Source: Phycisphaeraceae bacterium (lineage in GTDB: Bacteria; Planctomycetota; Phycisphaerae; Phycisphaerales; Phycisphaeraceae). From it: a stretch of DNA of 64,000 nucleotides. Shown here piece by piece: positions 27,685-37,339 of this stretch; within the stretch, counting starts at the first letter, position 1, and the number at the start of each line of letters is the position of its first letter. The stretch lies in contig OY771506.1 of assembly GCA_963674705.1 (NCBI GenBank), positions 1,376,001 through 1,440,000 on the forward strand, in the 5' to 3' direction. The notes under the pieces are model-generated. The model saw only the letters and a list, made by a program, of their open reading frames with translations. It did no database searches and was not told the origin of the DNA. The position numbers were made by a program, and so were the translations under genes.

Positions 27685-28854
27685 TTAGAACGGCAAGCCG
27701 TCGTCGTCCTCGTCATCCTCTTCCGCCGTGCCGAAGTAGCCGCCCTCTTCGAAGGCGTCGTCGTCCAGGCCTCGGTGATGGATGCGGATCACCCGTGCCA
27801 GGGCGTCGCCCAGTAGCGGGCCGACCGCTTCGGCCGTGTCCAGCACGGTCTGATCGAACGGGTCGGAGGAATCCCGGAACAGCGCCACCACCGCCAGTGA
27901 CTCGTTTTCGCTGCGGCAGGCAAAGGCAAGCATATGCGAGTCAACCAGGTAAGCGGCGTCACCACCCAGCAGATGCGCCAGGCTCTTGTTGTCCGTGACG
28001 TGTATCAGGTCGTCACGATTCGAGATCTTCGGCGCGACGATGTCGGCCAGATGTTGCAGCAGCATGTCCGCAGACTCGGGCGTGCAGTCGTAGTTGACAT
28101 ATCCGCCCAGCGTGAATTCATCCATGCTCGAAGGCAGGAACACCGCCGCGTTCGTCGGCCCGGCCTTCTCGACAAGATGCTCAAGCGTCTTGCGCAGAAG
28201 CTGTTCAAGGTCCAGTTCATCCCGGATCACCGCGCCGAATTCCGACGCCTGCACGACTTGCTGCATCTGCCCGGCCAGTTCCTGGTAGGCCGTCACCAGA
28301 TCGTTGCACAGGATGTCGACTTGTTTGCTGACATCCGCACGCGCCTGGTTCAGCTTCTTGCACAGCCGGCGAAGCCGACGCACACGCTGCGCCTGGTCAC
28401 GGCTCTTGCGTTGCTTGGCAAGCGCCTTGCCGACGCGGTCGTTCAGCTCCGCCATATCAAGCGGTGTCACGATGTAATCCAATGCGCCGGCGCGGATCGC
28501 ACGCATCGCCGATTCGAGGTTCGGCTCGTCGTCGATCAAAACCGTCGCGACGATCCGCCGGCTCTTATTCAGTTCATCCGCCAGATCGAATCCCGAACCG
28601 TCGGGCAGCTTCGGGTTGATCAATGCCAGGTCCACTGACTTTTCGGTCAGTTGGGCACGCGCTTCGGTCAGCGAGCGGGCGTGAATCAGTTGAACACTAT
28701 CCCCGGCGGGTACGGCACTCTGGATCACAGCGCCCAGGTTCGGGTCTGCCCCCACCAGGAGGGCCCGAACCGTCTTCTTAGGTGTTTCACGTCGGCTTGA
28801 GCCGACCCCGGTTGACTTAGGCTTGCCTGCCAAAACTTCCTCCCTGCCAGTCAC
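27685..28854 (-). CDS. Atypical receiver-domain protein with coiled coil and GAF-like C-terminus
   Basis: DLALINPKLPDGSG and AMRAIRAGALDYI receiver fold; the phosphoacceptor Asp appears replaced by Asn; start uncertain. Confidence 0.7.
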   Translation of the reverse strand: MTGREEVLAGKPKSTGVGSSRRETPKKTVRALLVGADPNLGAVIQSAVPAGDSVQLIHARSLTEARAQLTEKSVDLALINPKLPDGSGFDLADELNKSRRIVATVLIDDEPNLESAMRAIRAGALDYIVTPLDMAELNDRVGKALAKQRKSRDQAQRVRRLRRLCKKLNQARADVSKQVDILCNDLVTAYQELAGQMQQVVQASEFGAVIRDELDLEQLLRKTLEHLVEKAGPTNAAVFLPSSMDEFTLGGYVNYDCTPESADMLLQHLADIVAPKISNRDDLIHVTDNKSLAHLLGGDAAYLVDSHMLAFACRSENESLAVVALFRDSSDPFDQTVLDTAEAVGPLLGDALARVIRIHHRGLDDDAFEEGGYFGTAEEDDEDDDGLPF

Positions 28855-28904
28855 TTCCAGTTACCCACCGCCTTACTCTGGTGGGCTGCAGTTGTGCTAT
28901 CGGT

Positions 28905-31253
28905 TTATCCCGGGTGCGAATCGAGTGGCAGAACAAAAGTCGCCGTAGTTCCTTCACCGCGCTGGCTGCGCAACTCCAACCGTCCGCCGTGTCCGGATAA
29001 CCACTGCATTGCACGAGGCAAGCCCATGCCGACACGTCGGCCCGCCGCCTTTGCGCTAAAGAACGGATCGGGCGCGTGTTCCAACGTGTATGGGTCCATC
29101 CCCTCACCATCATCCCGCACCTGAACAACGATGCTTCCGCCGCCCGGCTCAACCTGCGCAGTGACCTGCACCGACGACGCCGGGTTCGCCTGCACCGCGT
29201 TGTTCAATAACTCTTTCATCACGCCGCGTAATTGCTCGGCGTCCGCCTGGATCTTCGGCAACTGTCCGCGCAGCTTCAGCGTGAAGATCACTGCCTTGTT
29301 GCGCTTCTCCTGCGCTGTACTGAACTGCTTGACCGTTTCGTCGAGCAGTGCGCCAAGGTCCGTTTCCGCAAGCTCGGGCGCGGGTGGGTCCGCGATCATC
29401 CGCAGGCTTGTGATCAAACTGCTGAGTTTGTGTGATTCCTGGAAGACGCTCTGCGCATCCTTTTGTTCTTTTGAACCTTGCGGCAGCGTCATCGATAACA
29501 ACTGGCTGCGTCCGGCGATTACCGCAAGCGGATTGTTCATTTCGTGCGCAGCGCCGGCCGCCATCTCGCCCAGGCGAGCCAGCGATGCTTGGCGCGTCAG
29601 TTGCGCCTGTGCTTCGGATAACGCCTGGTTCGTCTGGGCAAGGTCTTCACCGAGTCGCCTCGCCCCGTCGTGCTGCGCCGCCGCCGCGATCGCTGCGCCC
29701 CAGACGCTTGTCATCGCGGATAGTTGCTTCCAGGGCGGCGTATTTTCACGATCGTGCAGCAGCACCGCCGATGCGCCCCAGCCACAACTCAGCGGCAATA
29801 ACCGCACCTTACGAAGGTCCGGCGCCTGCACGATGTAGTCTGCCACCCAAGGCAACACACCCATCAACTGCAAGCCCACCGGCTGCGATGGGTCCAACGC
29901 CGCCAGGTCCGGTGTGTGCGGCGGCGCTTCGATGTATTGACTGTGTACCGGTCGGCCTTCCTGGTTGTACTGACAGATCAACCAGCCGTCGTTGTCTTCC
30001 AGCGAGTCATACGAGGGGAATGCATCGCTATGCGTAATCCGATGGTCCACGCCCGGATCGCCGGGATAAATCAAACCGTAAAAGCCCTGCCCCAGCAGGT
30101 TCGCACACGAAGCGACGACCGCGTCCAGCACATCCTGCACGCTTCGGCCCGGTGTTGCCGAGCCATGAAACGCGCTGATCGTTTCCAATATCTTCTGCTG
30201 TTCTTCCGCATCGTTCGCACGGCGGTCCAGTACAACGTTGATCCGCCCAAGCGCTTCGTTTGCGCGCTGCACCGATTGCAACAGCAACTCATGCGAAGCC
30301 GCGTCGTATAAGCCTAACGCCTGGCCTCGCACTTCAAGCTCTTCGTGCAGTTGCTCCGCGACACGCGAAACCACATCCGGATCGAGCCCTAATTCCTGCG
30401 AAAGGTCGCCGACGTTTTGACGAAGTGAGAAGTTGCCGGAATACCCCGCGTGCATCCGGCGGGCAACCACGTCCGCGAGTGTCACCAGCCCGATCATCCC
30501 GCGATGCTCGAGTTTGGGCAGCGAACTGATCGGTGAGCCGTGCAGCCAGATACAGTCGGTGATCATGTGCGGCAGTCGCCAGCGTTGTGCGAGCCTCTTG
30601 CCGGCCGTGTTGTGGTCGATCCCGATGATCCGCCGTTCGTATTCAGCGATGTTCGCCTGATTCAGATCGGTCAACTCAACGATCCGATCGAAGCTGCGCG
30701 GCAGCACGTAGTCCAGCGCGATCTTTCCGATATCGTGAAGCAGTCCACAGACAAACGCCTGCTCCGGCATGAGGTCGCGACGCTTGGGATGTGCCTTGGC
30801 GATCAATTCCGCGGCGACGCCTACCGCCAAGCAGTGCATCCAGAACGCAGCGCGGTCGAACGACTGGGGGGCGTACCCTTTTTCCGTGTCTCCCTCTTCG
30901 ACCGGCTTTGCCGTCGCCGAGTTGGGCCGCTGCGCGTTGGGCCCGAAAGCCTCGAACACCTTCACGCTCAGCACCGCGTTGCGGATCGCGTTAAAACCCA
31001 GCAACACCACCGCGCGGTCCACCGTCAGGTGATCGCCGCTGATACCTTTTTCCGCCGTCTGACACAGCGTCAACACCTTCGTCGTCAGCGAAGGATCCGC
31101 GCTGACCAGTTCAATGACTTGCTTGGCGTTGGAATCGTCGCTGCTGGTCAATCCCAACAAGCGCGCAGCGACCGCGGGAAGGGTCGGCAGGGAGTCGATC
31201 TGACGCAGTATCAGCTCGATCCTTCGCGGCTTGGAGGGCTCGGTCGCCAGCAT
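28905..31253 (-). CDS. HDOD-domain histidine kinase
   Basis: LPTLPAVA, DPSLT, GLLHDIGK (HDOD); AHEMNNPL H-box; DDGEG, GMGL. Confidence 0.88.
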   Translation of the reverse strand: MLATEPSKPRRIELILRQIDSLPTLPAVAARLLGLTSSDDSNAKQVIELVSADPSLTTKVLTLCQTAEKGISGDHLTVDRAVVLLGFNAIRNAVLSVKVFEAFGPNAQRPNSATAKPVEEGDTEKGYAPQSFDRAAFWMHCLAVGVAAELIAKAHPKRRDLMPEQAFVCGLLHDIGKIALDYVLPRSFDRIVELTDLNQANIAEYERRIIGIDHNTAGKRLAQRWRLPHMITDCIWLHGSPISSLPKLEHRGMIGLVTLADVVARRMHAGYSGNFSLRQNVGDLSQELGLDPDVVSRVAEQLHEELEVRGQALGLYDAASHELLLQSVQRANEALGRINVVLDRRANDAEEQQKILETISAFHGSATPGRSVQDVLDAVVASCANLLGQGFYGLIYPGDPGVDHRITHSDAFPSYDSLEDNDGWLICQYNQEGRPVHSQYIEAPPHTPDLAALDPSQPVGLQLMGVLPWVADYIVQAPDLRKVRLLPLSCGWGASAVLLHDRENTPPWKQLSAMTSVWGAAIAAAAQHDGARRLGEDLAQTNQALSEAQAQLTRQASLARLGEMAAGAAHEMNNPLAVIAGRSQLLSMTLPQGSKEQKDAQSVFQESHKLSSLITSLRMIADPPAPELAETDLGALLDETVKQFSTAQEKRNKAVIFTLKLRGQLPKIQADAEQLRGVMKELLNNAVQANPASSVQVTAQVEPGGGSIVVQVRDDGEGMDPYTLEHAPDPFFSAKAAGRRVGMGLPRAMQWLSGHGGRLELRSQRGEGTTATFVLPLDSHPG

Positions 31254-31336
31254 CGTTTGTTGTCCTGAGGCGCTAACCGTAAGTCATCCAGCCCGACACA
31301 AAACCACCCCTTGTCTATCAGAGGTGGCTCATCGGG

Positions 31337-31933
31337 TTACACTTCCAGCAATGCCTCGATCCGTCTTTGAAGCACTTCGATATTGAACGGCTTCTTGATG
31401 AATTCATCAGCACCGCTCTGCAGCAGGCCATCAATGTCGCCCTGGTGCACCACGCCCGAGACGATGATGATCTTCATGCTCTGCATCGCCGGATTCTTGC
31501 GGACCGTCTCGCAGACCACGTTGCCGTTGATGTCCGGCAGCATGTAGTCGAGGATCATCAGGTCGGGTTTGAACGATTCGGTCAGGATGCCCGCGTCATA
31601 CCCCGTGCTCGCGGTGCGCAGTTCGTATCGTTCATCGTTGCCCAGCAGGTCGACGAACAATTCGACGATCTGATCGTCGTCGTCCACCACAAGGATGCGC
31701 TGCTTGCCCGATTCCAGGCGATCGGTCGGGATGTCGTTATCGCGCATGAACTTGAGCAATTCTTCACGCGGGATACGCCGAAACCGGCTGCCCGGCACAC
31801 GGAAGCCTTTAAGCCGGCCACTGTCAAAGCAGCGGATAATGGTCTGCTGCGAAACCTTGCAAACCTCCGCCGCCTCGCCGGTGGTGAACACCTGTTTGAG
31901 GTCCTGTTGTGACGATCCGTTGTTTTGGTTCAT
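31337..31933 (-). CDS. Response regulator with N-terminal excisionase-like HTH
   Basis: FTTGEAAEVCKVSQQTIIRCFDSG; ILVVDDD, LDYMLPD, KPF. Confidence 0.88.
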   Translation of the reverse strand: MNQNNGSSQQDLKQVFTTGEAAEVCKVSQQTIIRCFDSGRLKGFRVPGSRFRRIPREELLKFMRDNDIPTDRLESGKQRILVVDDDDQIVELFVDLLGNDERYELRTASTGYDAGILTESFKPDLMILDYMLPDINGNVVCETVRKNPAMQSMKIIIVSGVVHQGDIDGLLQSGADEFIKKPFNIEVLQRRIEALLEV

Positions 31934-32014
31934 GGCTTAACCCACCATTGCATCAGCCCGGACCCGCACACAGGCGCGGAGAGTTGACCGAGCTTCCCTA
32001 TCTTGTCTACCTTC

Positions 32015-32041
32015 ACATCGGGCATGGGTCGGGTTGACTTA
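32015..32041 (-). promoter_or_regulatory. Putative sigma-28-type promoter
   Basis: TAAG-N15-CCCGATGT on the minus strand. Confidence 0.45.
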
Positions 32042-32125
32042 ATCACCCAAGCAGGTCGATTAACACAGTTTCACATCTGAAAACCGGTTATTTCACGTCC
32101 GCTTTGAGTTATCGGGGTGTAGATG

Positions 32126-32479
32126 AACCGCGAAGGCGCGAAGAGCGCGGAGGATGAGTTTTTGAGCTTTCATAGCACATCAACGCCGGTCCTGAGCGCA
32201 GCGAAGGGCCGGGCCGCTTGACTGCACATACGATTGTCAGCCATTAGTCCCGACTTCAGATTGAACATTGAAGCTCGAACATTGAATATTCAAGATACCC
32301 GGCCCTTCGCTGCGCTCAGAACCGGCGTTGGGAACAGAAAGCAGAAAATGCAGAAAATAAGTAAAGCCAGTTGCAGTTAGCCATCAGCACAAATCATAAA
32401 TCATCAATCCTAAATCATAAAACAATTCCACACCCCACACCCACACAACAACCTTCGCGCTCTTCGCGCCTTCGCGGTT
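32126..32479. repeat. Nested inverted-repeat composite element
   Basis: Outer arms 32126-32149/32456-32479; inner arms 32181-32213/32298-32330. Confidence 0.85.
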
Positions 32480-32501
32480 ATCTTCAGTATCTCAATTCCC
32501 C

Positions 32502-33149
32502 CTACTTCAGTTCCACCGACCAGTACGCCTGATCCAGGAACTGCTTCCAGCTCGCGTACTTGTCGTTGCCGATGCGCAGGCTGATGACGGGGTTGCGCTT
32601 CGGTTGCCTGGGCACAGTAATTAACTTCATGTGAGCCTGCTCCGGCGTTCGGCCGCCCTTCTTGGCGTTGCACTTCACGCAGCAGCAGACGAGATTCGTC
32701 CACGTGCTCTTGCCGTTCTGGCTTCGCGGCAAAATGTGGTCCAGGCTCAGTTCACTGGTTGAAAAGTGTTTGCCGCAGTACTGGCAGCGGTTGCGGTCAC
32801 GGGCGAAGATGTTCCGCCGATTGAGCTTGACCTCCTGACGCGGCAGCTTCTCATAACCCAGCAATCGGATGACCTTCGGCACAGCCAGTTGCATCCGCAC
32901 CGTCTGGACCCATTCGTACTCCGACCGGTCGAACCCATCGTAATCCCGATGAGCCGCAACCGAGGCGTCCGCCCAGTTCTCGAAGTCGTAGGCCGCGTAT
33001 GACCCGTCATCGACACGGATCACCTCGGCAAGGTCCTTGAAAAGCAGCGTAAACGCCCGACGGGCATCCACCACGCGGATCGCCATCCAGAGCTTATTCA
33101 GCACCAGGACCTGGCTGTTCAACGCGGTAGTCTGTCCATCCGTCAGCAC
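32502..33149 (-). CDS. HNH endonuclease (McrA-like)
   Basis: RDRNRCQYCG, DHILPRSQNG, NLVCCCVKCNAKKG. Confidence 0.88.
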   Translation of the reverse strand: MLTDGQTTALNSQVLVLNKLWMAIRVVDARRAFTLLFKDLAEVIRVDDGSYAAYDFENWADASVAAHRDYDGFDRSEYEWVQTVRMQLAVPKVIRLLGYEKLPRQEVKLNRRNIFARDRNRCQYCGKHFSTSELSLDHILPRSQNGKSTWTNLVCCCVKCNAKKGGRTPEQAHMKLITVPRQPKRNPVISLRIGNDKYASWKQFLDQAYWSVELK

Positions 33150-33350
33150 TACTTCACATCTCCCATAACCTGCTACTAAATCATAGCATCTGAAATACTA
33201 TCGGTCGTTCATATTTGATGCAATATGGGCAATTTGTGGGTTTTTCGTGAGGGCATTGAGGTTTATGCCTCGCAGCCGCTTGCGGCTTAGCGCGCAAATT
33301 GAGAGATTGCATTGTCCGCCATTAGCCATTAGACATACAATCCGCCCAAT

Positions 33351-33420
33351 CCCCAATCCCCAATCCCCAATCCCCAATCCCCAATCCCCAATCCCCAATC
33401 CCCAATCCCCAATCCCCAAT
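33351..33420 (+). repeat. (CCCCAAT)x10 heptamer array
   Basis: Ten perfect copies counted. Confidence 0.95.
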
Positions 33421-33458
33421 CCCCTGCTCTCCTGTTCAACCTTCTCCTGCTCAAACCC

Positions 33459-33625
33459 ACCCGGCCCTTCGCTGCGCTCAGAACCGGCGTTGGGAACAGA
33501 AAGCAGAAAATGCAGAAAAGCAGAAAACGCAGAAAATAAGTAAAGCCAGTTGCAGTTAGCCATTAGCACAAATGATAAATCATCAATCCTAAATCATAAA
33601 TACAATTCCCCACACCCCACACCCA
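33459..33625 (+). repeat. Composite element copy, direct repeat of 32298-32445
   Basis: Core hairpin + GCAGAAAA arm + TAAATCA module; near-identical apart from two extra octamer-type units. Confidence 0.9.
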
Positions 33626-33676
33626 TCCCACAGCTTGCCTCCGCCGCCATATCGCGATACAGTGCCCCGTCCCATT

Positions 33677-33759
33677 GGGCGGATGCCAGAGCGGCCAAAT
33701 GGGGTGGGCTGTAAACCCACTGGCGCAAGCCTACGCAGGTTCGAATCCTGCTCCGCCCA
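33677..33759 (+). tRNA. tRNA-Tyr(GTA)
   Basis: Acceptor GGGCGGA/TCCGCCC, anticodon arm GTGGG-CTGTAAA-CCCAC, long variable arm, GGTTCGAATCC; no encoded CCA. Confidence 0.95.
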
Positions 33760-34157
33760 TTTTCACAATCCAACCCCAATCACCACCGCATCGACCGGTT
33801 TTTCAACCCGTCGATGCTGTTGCTTATGGCCTGCAAATAGTCTTTGCCCTCTAGCCGCGGGCTGCCAGCCCGCGTGCATGTCAAACCGGTAAAGCCACCG
33901 ACCGAACACCCATCTCAATCAGGCCCGGGCTGGCCCGGGGTGGAAGCACTGTGCAAATTGAATGTGCGAATCACCATTACCCCCCCGGCAAGCCGGGGGC
34001 TTCTTCATGCCCATCTATTTGGCAGTCAACTCACATCCATAACTCGGCCAAGGGCCCGTCGAAAGCACATCCGTTGCCTTCGACGGTTGGGCCCTTGAGC
34101 CGCATCCGTGCAGGGGTGTTAGGCGGTTGTTGTTACCTCTCACAACCCAATAAGGGA

Positions 34158-34247
34158 AGCCACGGGTACACACGGATCAACACGCGGGGCAATCGTGATC
34201 CCACACGTCCGCGATCTCTGTGTTCATCCGTGTCCATCCGTGGCTAA
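34158..34247. repeat. Inverted 9-mer-type arms (GCCACGG...ACACGGAT); related copies at 60180-60212 and 53622-53654
   Basis: agccacgggtacacacggat ... atccgtgtccatccgtggct. Confidence 0.65.
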
Positions 34248-34310
34248 ATTCGGTTCACATCGCGATCATCCGTGCGCGAATCCAATATCCGGAATCGATC
34301 AACACGCGAC

Positions 34311-35792
34311 TCACGCGGCCTTGCTGTTGCGCCTGATGATCTGGCGTAATTCTTCCAGCAGTTGGCTGGGCGTCGTCTCGCCGGCACCGGCCGACATGCC
34401 CGGAACCAGCACCGGATCGTCCTGCTTCAGTTGCTTCTTGATCCGCTGCGCTGCGGTGATGATCGTCGAATGGTTAGGACGGCCCATCGCCGCGGCGATC
34501 TCCGGGTAGCTCATCGGCGTCAGCTCATATGTCAGGTGGATCAGCAGCGAACGTGCCAACACGACATGCGACTTGCGCATCCGCCCGGTCACCTGCTCGG
34601 CAGGCAATGCGAACAGTTCGCATACCGCATTGAGGATCGCATCAAAACGCACGGGCTTGCGAGGCGTCGCATCGGGCTGGCCTTCAAACAACTGCTCTAC
34701 CAGGCTGTGCCCGATCACCGGCGGCATGCTCGCCGCGTGTGCCAAACCACGCTGATCGCGACGCTGAAGCAGCGACAGGGCCTGCAATTTGTTTAACGTG
34801 CCTTCGATATCACGCACCGACCCGTCCGTGCGCTGCGCGATCAGACGTGCAACTGGTTCGGACATCGCCAGGCCGCGACGTTCGGCCAGCGCCTCGACCA
34901 GACGCAAACGCGTCTGCGGATCAGGCTCATTGATCTGCACCACCATCCCACGCACGCACCGGCTTGACAGCGCATCACTGAACTGCTTGATCAGCTTCGG
35001 ATGGCAATCGCTGACCATCACCACCCGCGCGCCGCTCAATTCGATCTCGTTGAAGCAGTGCAGGAATTCCTGCTGCGTCTTTTCCTTGTTCGCCAGGAAG
35101 TGCACATCATCCACAGCTAAGAGGTCGAGGTTGCGCACCTTGCGGCGGAACGCGTCCAGGGTGTTGGTCCGCACTGCGGTGATGTAGTCGTTGGTGAACT
35201 GTTCGCCGGTCGTGTAGCGGATCTTCAGGTCCGGCTGGCGTTTGGCGGCTAGCTGGCAGATGCCTTGCAGCAGGTGTGTCTTCCCCAGGCCGCACCCGCC
35301 GTGGATGAACAGCGGCGCGCCCGGCTCGGTGTCCTGTTCGGCCAGACGCATCGCCGCGGCGAAAGCAAGCTGGTTGCTCGAACCGACGACAAAGTCATCC
35401 AGCGAGTAGCGCCACTGTCTGCTGCTTTGCAATGGCCGCTTGGCGACAGTGCTGCTGCGTTGCCGGCGCGGGTCCACTTGTACATCGGTTTCTTGCGCGA
35501 TCGGAGCCGTTACGGCTTGTGTTGCGGCGCGGACACCCAGGTCGAGTTCGACATCGTGGCCGATCTCATCGCGTGCCGCTTCGCGCACCTGCTGATGGAA
35601 CTGACGGTTGATCCCGTCGGCCAGGAACTTGTTCGCGACGGTGACGTGCAGCGTATGCCGATCCTCGTCGAGTTCAAAGCTGGCCGAGCGGTCGAACCAC
35701 ATCGCGTACCGCTTGGTGCCCAAGGATTCGTTTAAACGGGTGGCTATACGCGCACCGATATCGTTTGTCGAAGTGGCCGTGGTCACGATCAC
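34311..35792 (-). CDS. dnaA: Chromosomal replication initiator DnaA
   Basis: FVVGSSNQLA, GGCGLGKTHLL, DDVHFL, TQQEFLHCFN, domain IV SYPEIAAAMGRPNHSTII. Confidence 0.93.
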   Translation of the reverse strand: MIVTTATSTNDIGARIATRLNESLGTKRYAMWFDRSASFELDEDRHTLHVTVANKFLADGINRQFHQQVREAARDEIGHDVELDLGVRAATQAVTAPIAQETDVQVDPRRQRSSTVAKRPLQSSRQWRYSLDDFVVGSSNQLAFAAAMRLAEQDTEPGAPLFIHGGCGLGKTHLLQGICQLAAKRQPDLKIRYTTGEQFTNDYITAVRTNTLDAFRRKVRNLDLLAVDDVHFLANKEKTQQEFLHCFNEIELSGARVVMVSDCHPKLIKQFSDALSSRCVRGMVVQINEPDPQTRLRLVEALAERRGLAMSEPVARLIAQRTDGSVRDIEGTLNKLQALSLLQRRDQRGLAHAASMPPVIGHSLVEQLFEGQPDATPRKPVRFDAILNAVCELFALPAEQVTGRMRKSHVVLARSLLIHLTYELTPMSYPEIAAAMGRPNHSTIITAAQRIKKQLKQDDPVLVPGMSAGAGETTPSQLLEELRQIIRRNSKAA

Positions 35793-36029
35793 CTCTCCAT
35801 GTTACGGAGCCTGTGGCAGCCTTGGCCGCCTTGTAGTGGGTAACAGGATCTGACTAATGATCCTGACGCCTGAAGTGGTTCCGTCCCAATGTCCGCTGAT
35901 CGTGGTGCCCGTTCGGCTGCGGGCGTCTTCCCTCACAAAAGTGCCGAAGATGCGTATGTCATTGCGGGGCGTTATTCCGTTACCGCCAGCACAGAAGATA
36001 AGGCCAACCCTCTCGGCGTTCAACCGCGT

Positions 36030-36180
36030 TTGTGTTGAGAAATTTAATTGCGTTATTCATCGTGGTGATAATCAAGCTGTTAGACGCGATAAGTTTTTTT
36101 CTCCACCCTCTATTCACACACCGTGACAAGCTGTGGATAACATCTTGAAAAAACCCCTAGAAAATCAGCGTTTTCTTTGC
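36030..36180. promoter_or_regulatory. AT-rich region upstream of dnaA with DnaA box(es)
   Basis: Perfect TGTGGATAA at 36132-36140; degenerate CTATTCACA at 36110-36118. Confidence 0.6.
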
Positions 36181-36185
36181 CTGCA

Positions 36186-37160
36186 TCACTTTAAGGCACA
36201 AATCATCGCGGTTTTACGTCCCGTTGCGCGGAAGCCCAATCCCTTGTACAGCTTCACCGCTGGTGTGTTCAGTTGATCGACCGCCAAGTGGATACCTGTG
36301 TCGTGACGCGCACGCGCTGTTGCAATCGCTTGTTGCATTAATCGCGTGGCTAATCGCTTTTCACGAAATGCAGGGGCCAATCCCAGGTACACAAGCTCAA
36401 GTTCAGGCCGATCGATCAGCGGATTCAGAAGCAGCACCGCCGCCGGCTCATCGTCCGCGTAGTACGCCGACCACAAATCCGCCTCAAACCGCCCTACCGC
36501 CATGTGTCCGGCGATGATGTCCTCGATATGCCTTACGCCGACCAGGTTCGGGCAGTCCAGTGTGTCCAGGTAACTCATTTCAATTGCGCTAGCGAAGTGC
36601 TGGCGGTTCTCTTCGCTCCAGACGATGCGCTTTAACGTTCTGCCTTCACATTCGATATAGGATTCCAGCCCGGCCTGGTCGTCCAATTGGGCGCTGAGGC
36701 AGGACCGCCGCATATAGATCAGCGCCGCCAGCTTGCTGAATCCCGCCCGTTCCAGCATGGTCTGCTCCCGCCGGTGCATCGGCTCCAGCAGGACCTGGAC
36801 AAGCCGTGTCTGCTCCGGCGACTGGTTTGCGAGTACGTTTTTCACCAGGTTCGTCGCCAGCGGCAATTGCGCCGCCGAGGTCAGCGGGCTGGTGAACAGG
36901 ACCGCCGTCTTGCCGGCTCCGGGGACAATAAGTGATGAATAGACAGGTGTTTGCCCGTCGTATGCGGCCCATAGTCCGTCCAGGCTCAGCCCCTGCTGCT
37001 CGGCAAAACGCAGGAAGTGGTCGATCGCCGGCTGGTGCGGCTGATCCCGTCCGGTCAGCAGCACCGCCAGCACGCTACGCTGCTCCTGCGGCTCTGGCTG
37101 GCGAAAATGATGAGCGTCATCCAGGGGCTGACCGATTGATGGTGGACTGATATGGGCCAT
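36186..37160 (-). CDS. Tandem GNAT acetyltransferase
   Basis: YLGLAPAFREKRLA, NTPAVKLYKGLGF. Confidence 0.75.
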   Translation of the reverse strand: MAHISPPSIGQPLDDAHHFRQPEPQEQRSVLAVLLTGRDQPHQPAIDHFLRFAEQQGLSLDGLWAAYDGQTPVYSSLIVPGAGKTAVLFTSPLTSAAQLPLATNLVKNVLANQSPEQTRLVQVLLEPMHRREQTMLERAGFSKLAALIYMRRSCLSAQLDDQAGLESYIECEGRTLKRIVWSEENRQHFASAIEMSYLDTLDCPNLVGVRHIEDIIAGHMAVGRFEADLWSAYYADDEPAAVLLLNPLIDRPELELVYLGLAPAFREKRLATRLMQQAIATARARHDTGIHLAVDQLNTPAVKLYKGLGFRATGRKTAMICALK

Positions 37161-37339
37161 CTCTGATCCTGACCGCGGCCTGCCCCCTTGGCCGTCTCTT
37201 GCCGGTGGATTGACCGGTCTGGGCCTGATCGTACAATGTTGGTTCGGCCTGTGAAAGCCCGTAACCGGCGGTGGGACACGATTTTCCCATCCATCCAAGC
37301 AGGCCTGATGATTTTAGGCCGAATCAAAGAGAGGTTCTC

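Noticed and set aside
33198..33569. ORFs with GLGIGDW, PIPNPQS or DTRYPIP repeats (also 33247..33543 and 53642..54289)
   Set aside because: Translations of heptamer arrays and repeat modules; no RBS or protein-like content
33677..34310. Prophage or island integrated at tRNA-Tyr
   Set aside because: No integrase and no duplicated tRNA 3' end seen in the window
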